Assembly (NCBI GenBank): GCA_030265395.1
Contig: JARFYF010000002.1
Span: 37,064,247-37,128,246 of the forward strand
Direction: 5' to 3'
DNA length: 64,000 nucleotides
Source: Rhina ancylostomus
Taxonomy: Eukaryota
Part shown: positions 13,331-27,710 of the stretch, in pieces
Layout of the letters: each line of letters opens with the position of its first letter
Position numbering within the stretch: position 1 is the first letter of the stretch
Made by a program: the position numbers and the translations under genes
Notes under the pieces: generated by a model
Told to the model about the DNA's origin: nothing
Seen by the model: only the letters and a program-made list of their open reading frames with translations
Database searches by the model: none

Positions 13331-14595
13331 TTGAAAATTGTCGCAAGTTGTTGTTACAGTGAATTAGATATAGTTACAATGACATAGAAGGCAATCTATT
13401 CCTCCTCCTTGTAACAGTGAACATTGTAGCCAGGAGACAGAAGGCAATAATGTGAACTTTGGATTTGCAGGTAGTCTGGAGTTCAGCTCTGCTTGACCAT
13501 TGAGCAATGCAGTAGATTATATAACACAGTGCTGCCAGCATCTCATCCATCTAACCAGGCAATAGCCTGCATCAGAACAGTATTCTTACTTTAATAAGAT
13601 CCGTGACTGAATTTGCATGAAAAATGGCCTAAGCATTCCGCTCCAAAGAATTAACTATTTAAGTGTCAAAAGTAACAGTAAAACACATGTTGCGTGTATA
13701 TTAAAATAATAAAGGTTTTATGTCAAAATAGGTCACATTTTCTTGTGCTTTAGATCCTACTGATGCAGCTGTTCTAAGGTGCTGGAAACTGTGTAGATAA
13801 TTAAATAGCCACAGCACTGGCATCAAATTCAAAGCACGACAAAGTCAATCCACAGAGCAGAATCTGGAATGCAGTCTCTCAGAGTCAGTATGCTTTTAAT
13901 CAGTCCTACTTTTGTGTCCCATTGGACCCATTGGATCCCCGATTGTTTCATTTGTTCCAATCGAGTGTTAAATCTGCTTTTCTGCAAACATATTGAAGAA
14001 TTTGAAAACCAAAGCTTTTTGAGTACAATTAAGTGGGTCTGAGGGGTGCCCTGCCATGCATTTATTTTGTTAAAGAATAACTAGGGGGACTTATAAAGTA
14101 ACTTTTCAACTGATTTAGTTGATGAGGTCAGAGCAGATCACATCCTGAATTTATTACAGATTAGTCCCGTTAATCCGTAGCCCGCATTCCACTAACTAAG
14201 AGCTTTAAGATCTTTCAGGAAACACACAAAAAACATACAAAATGAGGGATTTAAGGGAAAGAAAAAGTAAATGAAGAATCGGCTCTTTTTATCTGGCGAT
14301 TAATAAGGGACAGCAATATTGGGATGCTTTTGTTGCCTCTCAGTAAATGGGAAAACCTCCCACTGCAATGATGAGTGGAGCTCAGGGGCTTGGATTTGAA
14401 GAGAATTGAGGTGCCCAGGCTGATGGGGTTAGTGTTGTGAGTTCTGCTTTGCTTTTTAGGGCCTTTTGCCAACAAGTAACATATCACTCACCAGAGATTA
14501 ACTTGCGGCAGTTACTCAGTGACTGCTGTTTGTACATATAGAAAGGGAACAAGGGAATCTCTGTCTGCCAGTGAAGCGGATAGCCTCTCACTGCA

Positions 14596-14616
14596 CTCTC
14601 TCTCTCTCTCTCTCTC
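14596..14616. repeat. (CT)10 microsatellite
   Basis: ctctctctctctctctctctc. Confidence 0.9.
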
Positions 14617-15289
14617 CTAATATGACAAGTCCTTTGCTCAGGTACAGAATTCCTCAGCCAAAGTTTGGCAGATTGTTGCACACTCAATACACCTTTACAG
14701 TAATCAAATTATAATTTTTGTCAGTGGGGGATCTGCAGTGAGTACAGTTTAGGGTTACAATATAACTTACAATTGCAAAGTAAGGTCTACCTAATAACTT
14801 TCTTTAAAATATAAACCTTTATGTTTTAGTATAAATTCACATCTTTAAACAGTCGCCTAAAGCCTGTAGTGCTGCCGTTTTGAATTTATAAAATGCTCAC
14901 CTTCTTCAATTATATTCATATGAATGAAAGCATAGAGCATTATGGCATAGTTGCCAGTGTCTCAGCAATGATATCTGCATTTAGAATTAGGCAAATGGTC
15001 TCCCAAGTACATAATTTTGTGCGAGTTCTTGTATAACTCCTTCGATTCAACACACAGACTGTATTCAGCCTCTTTAATGCTCCATTCACACTGGTCACTC
15101 ACAGTTACTTTGCTGCAGAAGCCACCTCATTCATATAGCAGGATGTCATCATCTTGGCTCAGTTTTTCTTTTTCTAATTTTATAGTTTACCTGCCGGGCA
15201 TGTCCCATAGCCATACTATTAGTAGCACATTACACAGAGAACAAAGCTTAATCTGATGCTAACAGCCACATAATTGCTTTCACCCTTTC

Positions 15290-15500
15290 AGAGAGATTTT
15301 CTTGGTTCCATCCATCCCTTCCCTCCCTTCTCTGTTACTGAAAATTAACTTGTTTTTTATCTTTCCCATCTCTAATGAAAAGTCCTGGACCTAAAACATA
15401 AACTGTTTAATCTTCCATAGATGCTGTCTGATCTGCTGAGTGTTTCCAGCAATTTTTGTTGTTACTTTAGAGTTTTAGCATCTTCAGTGTTTTGATTTTG
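15290..15500 (+). mobile_element. Older Penelope-like terminal-repeat remnant
   Basis: tctaatgaaaagtcctggacctaaaacataaactgttt...ccatagatgctgtctgatctgctgagtgtttccagca...ttagagttttagcatcttcagt. Confidence 0.55.
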
Positions 15501-16659
15501 ATTTCTACGAGGACCAGATGTACTTTCAAACAAAAATGCATACACTGCTGTTGCAATTTATATTTGCTTTCTGTAAAGACTGGGGAAAATTCACCTTCAT
15601 CGTTAATATTGACATTCCCCTTTGTTTTCTTTAAGAAGAATATTCATCCAGCAATATATTTTTACTGCATTTTACTCTAATTATGACATTAATTTCTATA
15701 CAAGTTGGTTCTGCCACCTAAGGCATGGTTGGTTGCAAGTTGCTTTCTTGGGCAATAGGCATTGCATCTAGCTGCAGAAGGAAAGCTACACTTGTATCAA
15801 GGGTTAACTTTCAGTTAAAGGAAGTTAGATTTCAGCAACATGTGTTTTTATTCATCCATGAAAATAAATCTACTACTTACATTATGTAGGGCCCAAATTG
15901 TACTTATTCTCATCCATACATAAATTTTATCACTATACAAAAGTGAGTTTGTTCTGTAGGCCACTGATTTATTTTTTTTAACTCACTTACAGTGGGAAAC
16001 AGAAGTCAAAATTGTCCTGGAATTTAATTTATTTGTTACAAAATCCTGCTCACATTACTGATTATGGACAGGCACTGAACTTACAAGAGTAGTGATCAAG
16101 GTGAATACAAATGTCCTGGCAGTTCCTCTTTGTACTTGGTCCTCTTTTCATTTGTCAACAGATTCTTTCTTCCTTCAGTTCAGCAACAAGGTTGATGATT
16201 CACATTCAAATGAGTGGTTCTAGGAAAAATTTATGATTTTCACCCTTTACAGCAAAGTCATAAATACATATCTGAAATTCACAGTTCTGCCCTGAGCAGC
16301 TAAGCAGCAGAAATCATTTCTTTGTATTGTTTCTTCCAATTTCTAGTTAGCAAATTGAGAAAGGTGTAATTTTATTAAAAGATTAGTTTGCCATTATATT
16401 TTAACTTTACTTATTAACATACATTTTGTAGGGAACTATCACTACCGAGACCTCCAAGGATATGAACAAGTTTTGCATTTAATCTTGACGTACATTGCTT
16501 ATTCTATTGATTTCAAAGAAGCTTATTTACCTCTTAAAGAGAAATGGAGTAAGTAAAAATCCAACATCTATGTCTGTGCTTTAACCTTCATATTAATTTT
16601 GTGATTTTGTTTCAGGATAGCGACTCGGTAGTTTTCTTCCTTTTCATCAGTAAGTTATT

Positions 16660-17170
16660 TTCTTATTCACTCACAGAGAGTGGTTGATACTGGAAAGGCC
16701 AGCTAGTCCTTTTGACTTAGGAGATGTTGACTGCGGACAGTGAACTACCTTCTCCACATGCAATCCAAGTGATAAATGAATATTGCTAGATAGGGAGTGC
16801 TAGGATTTTAATTCAGCAATAAAGAAGGTACAGTGATATGATGCCTACTATTATATGGGTCATTCAGGGCTATGTGTGGCTTGGAAGGGGACTTGGAGTC
16901 AGTATGTCTCTCACATACTTGTCGTCTTACCATTCCAGATGCTGAAGATTGTAGGCTTTGCTGAGGAAACCTTGCCAAGATACTGTCATACATCTTGTTG
17001 ACTGCACGCAATGCAGCCATGGTACACTAGTGTTGAGTTGAGTGTATGTTTAGACTAGTGGGGGAGGTGCTGATCAAGTGGAATGTCTATTGCTGGATAT
17101 TGTTGAGCTTCTTGAATGTTGTTGCAGCTGCACCCATTCAAGTAAGAAGAGAATATTCCATCACTCTAGT
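16660..17170 (-). mobile_element. Decayed LINE 3' fragment (same family as 5895-6245)
   Basis: Contains gatagggagtgctaggatttt...gtggcttggaaggggacttggag...ttgagcttcttgaatgttgttgcagctgcacccattcaag. Confidence 0.55.
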
Positions 17171-18479
17171 ATACCAATGAGCCAGCCTCTGCACATTGCA
17201 GAGACCTAATCCTAGATTTTCATGGCATTACTTTAATGCCAAGTTGAAAATCCAGGCTCCGGGCTGGAGCCGCATTGACTGCCTCATTGTGTTTCACAGA
17301 AATGGCTCCCTTAATGCTCATATAATCTTGGTTCTTTGAATATCATAAAGTGCATGCAGCAGAGCAAGATGACCACTCCCTGCACATAGCTCATATTCAT
17401 AAAATCTGCCTCCATGATTTAAAAATGCCTTGAGAGAAATTTGGAAGCTAATTTCAGAACACACCCATGATTAATCAATAGGCTTCACAAAAGATTTAAG
17501 ACTACAATGTTTGTGGATTTCTTCAGTGAGTTTGAAAAGCAATTAAATCTTTGTGTGGTGCTGGAGTCGTACACAGTCCTTTCTGCAGAGGGCCGTGCAA
17601 TCATCTTATCAGTCATGTCCTGTAAACACCACTCTTCAACCCAGCTCTTGGTGCTTGTTCTTAGTATCTTTTTTCAGTAAGATAATGTGTGTTTCTATGC
17701 CACTTTTCCAAAGTAATGGGTTTTCTTTGGTGTTCCTACTAATGGAATTCTGACAGTGTATTGGCCTCTGTCAGTTTCCAACAACCTGTTCAGGTCTATT
17801 TAAAATTGCTGTTTGATGTGGTTTGCCTTCGAGGAAAGGGAATTAGATGAATTGTTTTAGTATTATGCTCATAGATTCTCGTCATGTACTGTATATATAA
17901 TGGTTGCATGTTGGTATCTAACAATATCTCCTAGAGTTGTATTAACTAACTCCACCTAAATAAACACTTTTGGCCTAAAATGGGTCACGGTTAATGTTTT
18001 GAATGTTACTTTATTTCACCCTGTTAAATGCATTCAAGGTTACCTTTCCTCAAGTAAATATAACATGATAGAAATTGAAAATATTATCATAGGTATTTTA
18101 TATATTTCAAATATTAAAATTTCAATAATATTTCCCTAATGACTACGTTTTTATTTTAGTTTATTTTCATTTGCTTCTGGCATGGGTTAAAGAGAACTGA
18201 TATATTTATTTCTGGTGTCAGACACAGTGGCGGATCTGAGATGTTTGGTATTGTTTGCAGTGTCTGTAGATCAGAGATGCTCTATCCATGCACTAAGTTT
18301 CCATAATAGCTTTATTAAAATCAACTCTATTCCTCACACGGCAGCATTGTAGGTTCATTAAAAGTAAGGGAAAGAAAGGTGATTTCATTGATATTAATAT
18401 GGGCACTTGGGTGTAACTGTCCCAAGGTCCAAATTCCAAATGTAAACCTATTCCTACTCAGGTTACTATAACCCAACTA

Positions 18480-19890
18480 TTGCAAATGTAACTCCACTAT
18501 TTCAAAGATAAGAGAAAGAGGGAACAAGGTACTACAGACCACTTAGCTTGACATCAGTAGTAGGGAAATTGCTTAAATCTATTGATAAGTGGTAACAGGG
18601 TACTCAGAAAGTAGCAATAGGACTGGGTGAATTAACATGGATTTGTGAAAGTGAAATTATGTTTGATAAATCTGATATGCTTGATAATTTTTTTGTGGTT
18701 TTAACTAACAATAGATAGGGGATAGCCATTGAATGTGGTGTATTTGGATTTCAAGAAGGTCTTTAATAATGTGCTGCACAAGAGTTATTAAATAAAACCA
18801 GAGTGCACAGTATTGGGCTAAATTCAGGCAGAAAATCGAGAGGGGGAATAGACTAATTTTGAGTTGGGAGTCTGTGAATTTTGGAGTGCCACAGTGATTG
18901 GAGATGGGGCACCAACTGTTCACGTCCATTTCAGTGATTACGAGGAGAGATCAAGTGCAATATACTGAAAACAAGAACAGAAAATGCTGAAAATACTCTG
19001 CAGATTGGGTTTCATGATGATACAAAGCTAGGTGAAAGTGCAGATTGGGTTTCATGATGATACAAAGCTAGGTGAAAGTGTAGAAAGATAGAGAGAGACT
19101 TGAGGGGATATAGACAGGCTAAGTGAATGGGTGTGAACATGCAGATGAGATCATCCAGTTTGTGAGAATAAATAGAAAGATTTAATTTTAAATGGTGAGA
19201 AATTTAGAGATATTTGTTTACAGAGGGACAAGGTACACAAATCACTGCGAGTTCGCATGCAGGTATCGCAAGCAATTAAGAGGATAAGCTATATGTTAGC
19301 CCTTATTGCAAGAGAATTTGAGTACAATGATGGAGAATTCTTGCACCAATTATGTTGCTATTAAAATTGCTTCTGAAATATTTTGTAGAAGTCTGGTCTC
19401 CCAGCTTACTTGCAATAGAGGGAGTGCAATGAAGGTTCACTGGATTGTTCCATGAATTTGCAAGTTTGTCCTCAGAGAGGAAACTAAACAGACTGGGCCT
19501 ATATGCTCTTGAATTTAGAAGAATGAGAGATGTTTTCATTGAAACATGAACATTACTTATGGGGCTTGACAGAATAGATGCCAGGATCATGTTTCCCTTA
19601 CTTGGGGAACAAAGAGTCACGGTGTCATAGTAAGAGATCAGCCATTCAGGACAGAGATGGGAAGAAATTTCCTTACCCAAAAGGAGGTTAATTTTCAGAA
19701 TTCTCTGCTTAAGTTCAGTCAATGAGTTTATGCAAGACAAAAATCAACAGATTTTTGGATGTTAAGAGAAGCAAGAGATATTGCAGGAATGTGGTGCTGA
19801 GCTAAAAGATCAGACACCATGGTATTGAATGGCTGACAGACACAAGGGGCCGAATCCTCAAAACCTGCATCTACTTCATCTGTTCTTGTG
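18480..19890 (+). mobile_element. 5'-truncated, decayed CR1 LINE (RT region and 3' UTR)
   Basis: Frameshifted peptides ANVTPLF, YRPLSLTSVVGKLL, VVYLDFKK, DDTKLG and VQ*RFTGL. CR1-type tail aaggggccgaat...cctgc...tgttctt. Confidence 0.85.
19001..19080 (+). repeat. Perfect 40-bp tandem duplication
   Basis: cagattgggtttcatgatgatacaaagctaggtgaaagtg occurs twice. Confidence 0.95.
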
Positions 19891-22800
19891 TATTTGTAGA
19901 ACAAATGTCGTGGCTCTAAGATGGTGTCAAATTGTGAAATACTTCTAATGTTGGTACCTAGGTTAATGTATCACAGGTGGAATTCCAATATTAGCCATTC
20001 TTTTTAGCCTGATATGTACTTGAGTGCACAATCCTTTTTGTTCTGGAAGCCTTCAGCCTTCCAGAATACTTTTTTAAATACATAAACTAAACACAAATGA
20101 CAGATCTTAATAATTGGCTTTTACTGTTTATTCTCCCCAGTCTCCACTGTTCTGAAGTAGGTTTACTTTGTGATTAAAAGCTATAATGATAATATCCAGA
20201 CACAGAAGCTGAATATCCCTGTGGTTTTTCCAATCTTACACCAGACCTGTACTCACATATGGAATGCTGAATATCCGTGGAAGTTACAGAAATAATGGCT
20301 TGAAGGAATGGGCCCTGCAGCTGCATGTAATTAGTTATCCTGATTGGGGGAGATTGGGGTAAGTGTGAGAGTGGTGCATTGAGGTTCAAGTACCTTAAAA
20401 CTGAAAAGCTCCTCTCTAGGCCTATTAGAAGTTGGTTCACAGTAGGCTTGTGGCTTGTTTGAGAGTCCACCACTGGGAACGTCAGAGTGGTACAAGGCAA
20501 GCTGTCATGCACAGTAGACCTGGCTTGATCACAACTTATTCAGTGGGGCTGGTGGTTGGGGTACAGGAATTGGGGGTTCTGTGACTGGGGAAGGGAGTAG
20601 GTCAGCAGATAAGTAACTGTATGGGGTGTCATGTCAGCAGATTGGTGGATTGCGGGTGTGTTGGGTAGGTTCAGGTCAGCAGATTGGTTTTGGGAAGGTG
20701 TTGGGCTGGGTTCGCAGATCAGTGATGGAGGGGTGGGGTTAATGGGCCAAAAGGAGAAATGGGTAAGTACATTATTTAAAGAGTACTTACCTGGGGCAGA
20801 TTCCCGACACCAATTTCCACAGGCTAGGCTCTGTCCCCTTCAAGTTGTACTGAAGCAGGTCTCACAGACACTGTAAAGGGCTGCTACTGCATGGGCGGTT
20901 TGCAAATATTTAGTGCTAAACATGTGTGAATGAAAATTATGGAGGTGGTGTCCTCATGTGTATTACACACTATTGGTTATCACTGCAGATGTTGGAGTTT
21001 CTCTGTGTCTTAGTGCATGAGTCACGTAGAGGATCAAGTCAGAAAATCACAGACTTATTGCAACTTGCAGTCATTCTCCAGTTTTCATAGACATTTTATT
21101 TTCCATTGAAACTGAATTACGTAATACAAAAAGGCTTGTCACTATACAATCCAATTTCTAAGTAAAGATTCCTTAGCTGCATCAGTCTTCTGATCAGGCA
21201 GAGCTCCATCATGCATCTGGCAAAATTGCAGTTGAAAGAATAATTTCTCAGTTCCCATGACATGTACATTTGAGGCTGATTTTACCTTCTCTCTTGCATC
21301 TGGGTGCTCGCNNNNNNNNNNNNNNNNNNNNNNNNNNNNNNNNNNNNNNNNNNNNNNNNNNNNNNNNNNNNNNNNNNNNNNNNNNNNNNNNNNNNNNNNN
21401 NNNNNNNNNNNNNNNNNNNNNNNNNNNNNNNNNNNNNNNNNNNNNNNNNNNNNNNNCATCAGTTACAAATTCTTTTGCAAAACCCCATTTTGTTGCTGCT
21501 AATTTCCTTCCAAATTCCCCAGGCTTGTTTTCTGCGTAGTCAATCATCCAACATTCTCAAAACAAGATGAGGCCCAGCCTGCCCTTGTATCACACACATG
21601 TCTCAGTTACATAGGTACCCATGCTTGTTTTAACAAGGTTCCCATCCCACCACTCTAGGCAAACCATAAAAATCTCCAGGCAGTACAAGGAGGGTGGAGA
21701 TCTAACTTTACCAATTATAGAATCACAGAATGGCTCTCTTGACATTTTTTTTCTCTATGACGATTCTTAATAAATACAGACAACTCCCATGTTATAGCTG
21801 TTTGAGTAACAGAAATTTGCCCTTACAGAATTAACAAATCACTGCCCAAAAATTTGAAATATGGAATAAAATTTGTTCTAACAGAATTTATATGGGAGAA
21901 AATAAATACAAAATGTTTTATTTTTCAATTCATGTCTTGACACATTCACAGATGATGTGGCGATGTGTTACAGAAAATCACTGTACAGACCGTTTTCTAG
22001 GAACATAACCTCCCCTGCAATGTGGGGGGGGGGGGGGGTCACCTGTATCAGGTTCACTATCAAGCATCAGCTTTGGCTCAATATTACGTTCTCACGTTTG
22101 AGTCACAGGTTCAATTCTCCCTCCAGAAACCTCAGAGTGTAAGCTAATTGACTTTGCTGTGGGGCAAATTGGTTGCTTTGTTTTTCACCCTACTCTTTTT
22201 CATTGATAATGAACACCATTGATGGTAAAAAGTTTCGGGATGTACTGATGTTGTAGAATTTGCTATAAAAATTCATTTTCTCTCTTTAGGTTAATTATTG
22301 GCAGCTTTATTTACTATGCTATCCCTGTTCTTGTAAAGGTCCATATTGTGGTTAGTAAAACATATGGGATTCTGGATTCATAAATGGAGGCATATATTTG
22401 TGACTGCTTGTAATGTGTAAATTGCAAATCAAAATGTTTTTTGTTTATGTTTTGTAGTCTTTGCTCCCATTTCCCACTGAAGTCCCATCCATCAAGAAAT
22501 TGACCTCCTGTCATGATAAATCCTTATGAGGATGTTATTTCTTCTTATTATTTGTGCACATAATGATATCACCAATATGTGCACCAGTTTCAGACTTATC
22601 GATAAAAATTAGGTCATAAGATTACAACCCATGTCCTTCAATGATAACACCGTTAAAGCAAAGAATACATTGTGTAGGAAGTCAGGAACCATATTGAGGG
22701 ATCCCCACGAGGACGTCAGTTTTATATCTACAAATTCCTCTGGGTTGATTTTAACACGTTGCCTTCTGCAGACGATTGCACTTCTAGAGACAGCAGCATA

Positions 22801-25800
22801 CTGCAATCTGTGGCCCTTGATGGCCACAGTGGAGTTGTCCAAATGCAGCACAGAACCCTTCCTGGCTGCTCAATAACATGGGGTTCCTATTAAACTGCAC
22901 TGTTTAACCACCCACCTCCCCATTCCCCCTCTCTTCCTGATTCCACTCCTCCTCACTTTTCTCCTTCCCTCCATAGTTTCCCTCATCTCCATAGCAACCA
23001 CTGACTTAAGTTACGTCCACCTTTGTGTGTCACCTTTTCAGCAGTACAGTGCTTTAAAGCTCACAGAGTCATCATGGGATACTCATATAGTCATGAGCTG
23101 CCATGACATTTGCCCAGTTTGCTTTTGAATATGTTTTCCAGTATTCATAACAAAGTAAGAAAGGCAGGGAGTCACCAAAGAGTGATCACATTTGATTTAT
23201 TTCAACTTTCCAGCTTTGTCATACATATTTATTAATATTTTGCTTCAGTTGAAGGAATCTATCATAATTCAATCTCCATCAGAGAGAAAATGTAATAAAA
23301 AGTGACACATTGTTTATCCTAGTTCCACTGTCTCATTCTATATATATTTGTTGTAATATACCAGGTTGTGATTACCAGTTGCTGTTTCCTATAGCAATAA
23401 CAATAGCCTTATATAAACAGGTCTGTACAAAATGGGACACTGCATGCTGTGTGAGGCATCATAAGTGGGCTGAATGTCGGTTTCTGCTGTTGCCCAATTT
23501 GCATTTAGTAAAACTGCCATGTGATGTAAAAGGTTTTGTATCACTAAGCTGGCAATCCTTACCACCCTTGTTTGGCAATTGCAAACAGAATTGATTTTAT
23601 GCACTGAGATATGGGGATATATTGCTGCCTTATTCAACAATGTTGACTACAGTTGTTCATCCATGGCAATATTTTTCCATTTTCTCTTGTTACATAGAAA
23701 TCCACATTTAGAAATGACTTTACATTCTGACATCTCGTAAGAATTTTAAAAAAAAACTCCCTTTCAGTTCTCTTCAGCAGTATTTTCATTAGAGACAGAA
23801 CTATTTCCTAATTATGGATTTATTTTTCAATGCCTAGCTCACCAGATCGTGTGCAATTGACTCTGTCATTTTCTATCTAGTAGCATATGTTGCCTATTTA
23901 TGTTCACGCCAAAACATTGTTTTTATTAAGTTTACAGTTGCCTTTGTTTCGACTGAATTGAGTGAATGATTAAATAAGCTATGATACAAAGTTTCACAAT
24001 TTGGCAATGTTTATCTGCAGTTGAGAGAAAACCTGATCCAAGCATAATTCTGATCCAAGCATCACATTTCTTGGCAAAAGTAAGCATGCGTTTATCAGGA
24101 GTCAGCTGTACCTACAGTAAGGTCTAATTAGTTTTGGTTTTCTTTGGCAAGAAATCAAGCTCAATCAGACGTGATGTGCTTACTGTTCTTTATTCAAAGC
24201 ACTTGCAATAATATCATAGGAAGCCCCAGTAAAACTCGTATAGATTCATGAAAGGTAAATATCGAGCAATGGTACACATCTGGCTCATTTTATTTTGTAA
24301 CTACAATTATAATAGAATGGTGATGATGTTAACGGGGATCTGCTTTCTAAAAAAAAGCATTGTCCCTTCTCAGCAAGGTTACTAAAACAATTAGACTTAA
24401 ATACATTTAAAATGGCATAATTGCAGAGGTGCCCTGGATTAATTAGTTTCTTTACCCTACAACATGTAGCAACGGTTCTAAATGTAAATACCCTGAACAG
24501 TCTCAGTGGTAAATGGAAAAGCAGAAAATAACGAAAGGGCAAAAGCTTTAATCATTTTTTCATAATAACTTGATTTTTAAACAAGATGCTGGAAATGGTA
24601 TTTTCTCTGGGGAAGTGTCAGTCATAATATTCCTCGGGGAAAAATTTAATCTTTCCTTGTTTTAAAATTAGTAGCATGTTGCGATAAAACCTGCTGGAGA
24701 ATCCTGACTGTTGCAGGCCTGATTACATTTGTAAAGGGATCCTTTAGTAGGCATTGGTTTATTCATTAACATATTCAAAGACGTCTAAAAATAGTTCTCT
24801 ATAGGCTTAATGGAACAAACTCCCGTGTAGTTTGAGTATAGGTTGTTTTAACTGGAAATGGATATGTTTATAAACACCAAATATGTCCATTGTTGATACT
24901 AATTTATTTCATTGAATTTAATTCCTTGCATACTTTCTTTACTTTGAATCTTTAATACTGAATACTTTGTAATCTATGACAGTTTAATATGACTTTCCAG
25001 AGGTGAATTGAAAAACATTTGTGCGCAACTTCATTCTTAGTTGGTATATAGTGTATGCTATATAGTGAAGTAACATTAGCATTATACTCTGAATTTCACT
25101 ATTCTGATGAAGGTGCAAGTCTTGTAGAGACCAGTGTTGAAAAGGTAACTAAGGGGAGAAAAGCAAGGTGAATTTAAAAAAAAATGTTTAGCTGTTGACA
25201 TCATTGAGTATTATGTGACTGTCAGTTGTTGGAGGAAGGGAAGACTAGGGAAGCCAGGGATCAGACTCAATTAAGGAATGTATTCCAAGTATTAACTGCC
25301 AGGTGAGTTTCTCAGATGGAGTAACATAAGGAGCAGGAAGGGTATGCAACTACAATATCTGGAGTCGAGGAACAAGAGAAGAACAAGAAAAATCCAGCCA
25401 GCAAAGGTGAGAGTGGTGCAGAAAAGAGACAATTTTTTTTGAATGGAAAGACAGATTGGAAATTTAGGCTGGGTTTGAAATTTCTGATAAATGGCAAAGT
25501 GTTTTGTACGTTATTTATAGCGTAAGGAATCTTTATAATGCATATAATAAGATCCCAGTTAACTTGAAATTTACAAAGAAGGGTAAAGAAGTGTTTGACA
25601 GAAAAATAGAACCATACCTTCCCAAATCTGCCTCAACCTGATTCTCCCTTTTTCTACAAGAGAAACATTTTCTTTTCCCATATGGGCCATTCTTTTGCTT
25701 TTAAGTGAGGCTGACAATTTATTGTCAATTAGTGCCCAATTAAAAGCACTTTTATATCATAGACTTATTTACTAGTTTCCCTTAAGGATATTAAAATGAA

Positions 25801-27545
25801 GATCATTGATCCCTTCAGTTTGAGTTGGATTCAAATCGAAACAACAGAAGTGCAAATTCAATGTTCTGAACCACACTAAAGCTTGGTTCAAAAATATAAT
25901 TATCATAATTAATTTATTGCCACAATCTATTTTGGCTTTATAATGGAAACATTTGGAACAGCATTCAGCATAGTGCAACCATTGGCCTGCAACCTAGAGT
26001 TAGAAATATAATTGTTCCAATTAAATAAAATCAAGTCTGTACTAATTTCAGTGTTGGGTGACGTTCTTGCTCTTCTCTACTCTCCAATCATGCCACCGAT
26101 ATCAGTGATGGAGTCTGAGTTCAGCGATCTTTAATGCCTGAGGAGAAAGAGAATTCTAGAATGGGTAGTTGACTTATAGGAATTAGTGCAGGGGCTCCCA
26201 ATGTAGTATTAAGTTTCTCTTGTTGATGATATGGCCCAAAATTTACGGTCAGTGTTGACCCATCACTTTGTGCAGATCTTCTGTGCCTAATTTACTGGAA
26301 AGTGCTGGCTCCAACCCTGCAACTGTGAGGACCTGTACCACTGCAGAGCTTCCACTAAAACTTCATGCCTTTGGAAAGCCAGCATAAACCCCACTCACAA
26401 AACTGCTGAACATTGTTTGATCGCCATCTCAGCCATTCCGTCAAATGCTATAGCATTAAAAAAAAATCCCAGAACTATTAAAACTGAGTTAAATGGTTGA
26501 ATAAATTTTAACTTAAAACAATTTTTAAAATTTCATATTTTTAAAGCACCCAAATGAACTCAAATACTTTAAATTAACTTGGTTAAAATAATCTAAACAC
26601 TTGAATCCTTCACAACCATTCCCCTCCATCAATTTGGATGGAGAACAACCTTTCCACTCCCAGCTACAATATGGCACAGATCCCCTATGCAAGTCCTGGA
26701 CAATTGTCACAACTTCAAGCTCTGCAGCTAGAGAAATGTCTGTGCTTGAGTCAGCTCCTTGAAGAAATCAGCCCTTTTCATTTTGAATTTCAAATACCTT
26801 CCCAATACAGAGAAAGCTGTCATGGAAAAATTCACACTCGTGAAACTGTCATCTTAAGCCAAAGATGATCTAATAATATACACATGAAATCTATTGTGCA
26901 TTTCTAGTCTTAAAACCTTAAGAACAATCTGAATGCTCTCATGATTTGGGAGTAGGGATCACAATTTATTCATCCCAATACAAGTAGACACAAATTTGAC
27001 AGTGTGCTCTTAATGATTTCAACATACAACCAGTATTTTGGTTCATGAGCTTATTAAACATAGAACAGTAGAGCTCAGAATAGGCCCTTTGGCCCACGAT
27101 GTTGTGCCAAGTAATTAAAGCAATGACTCCTAATTAATGTAATTCCCCTTTCCTGCACATTGACCATGTCCCTCTCTTCTCTGCATATTCATGAGCCTGT
27201 CTAAGGGTCTCTTAAACACACCTCTGCTATCTGCCTCTACCATCACCCCCGGCAGTGCATTCCAGGCCCACACCACACTCTGTATATAAAAAAATTTTGC
27301 CTTGCACAACTGTTTTATACTTTCACCTTAAATACATGCCCTCTAGTACCAGACTTTTCATTTTTGGGAAAAGGATGCTCCTCACATCTATGCCTCACCT
27401 AATTTTATAAACTTCTATCATATCTTCCCTGAGCCTCTACCACTCCAGAGAAAACAGCCCAGCTTATCCAACCTCTCCTCATAGCACATGTCCTCCAAAC
27501 TAGGCAGCATCCTGGTAAGCCTCTTCTGCACCCTCTCCAAAGCCT

Positions 27546-27578
27546 ACCGAGTTCCTCCAGCATCATAGTGTTTTTCAG
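27546..27578 (+). mobile_element. 33-bp Penelope-like micro-insertion with a 9-bp target-site duplication
   Basis: accgagttcctccagcatcatagtgtttttcag, flanked by ccaaagcct at 27537-27545 and 27579-27587. It is a near reverse complement of 30680-30708. Confidence 0.8.
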
Positions 27579-27710
27579 CCAAAGCCTCCACATCCTTCCT
27601 ATAATGAGGAGGCCAGAATTGAACACAATATTTTAAATGTGGCCTAATAAGAGTTTTATAAAGCTGTAACATAACTTCCTGGCTCTTGACCTCAGTGCCT
27701 CAACTAATGA

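Noticed and set aside
22024-22038. Poly-G runs (also near 8983 and 55913)
   Set aside because: Simple homopolymers with no further structure.
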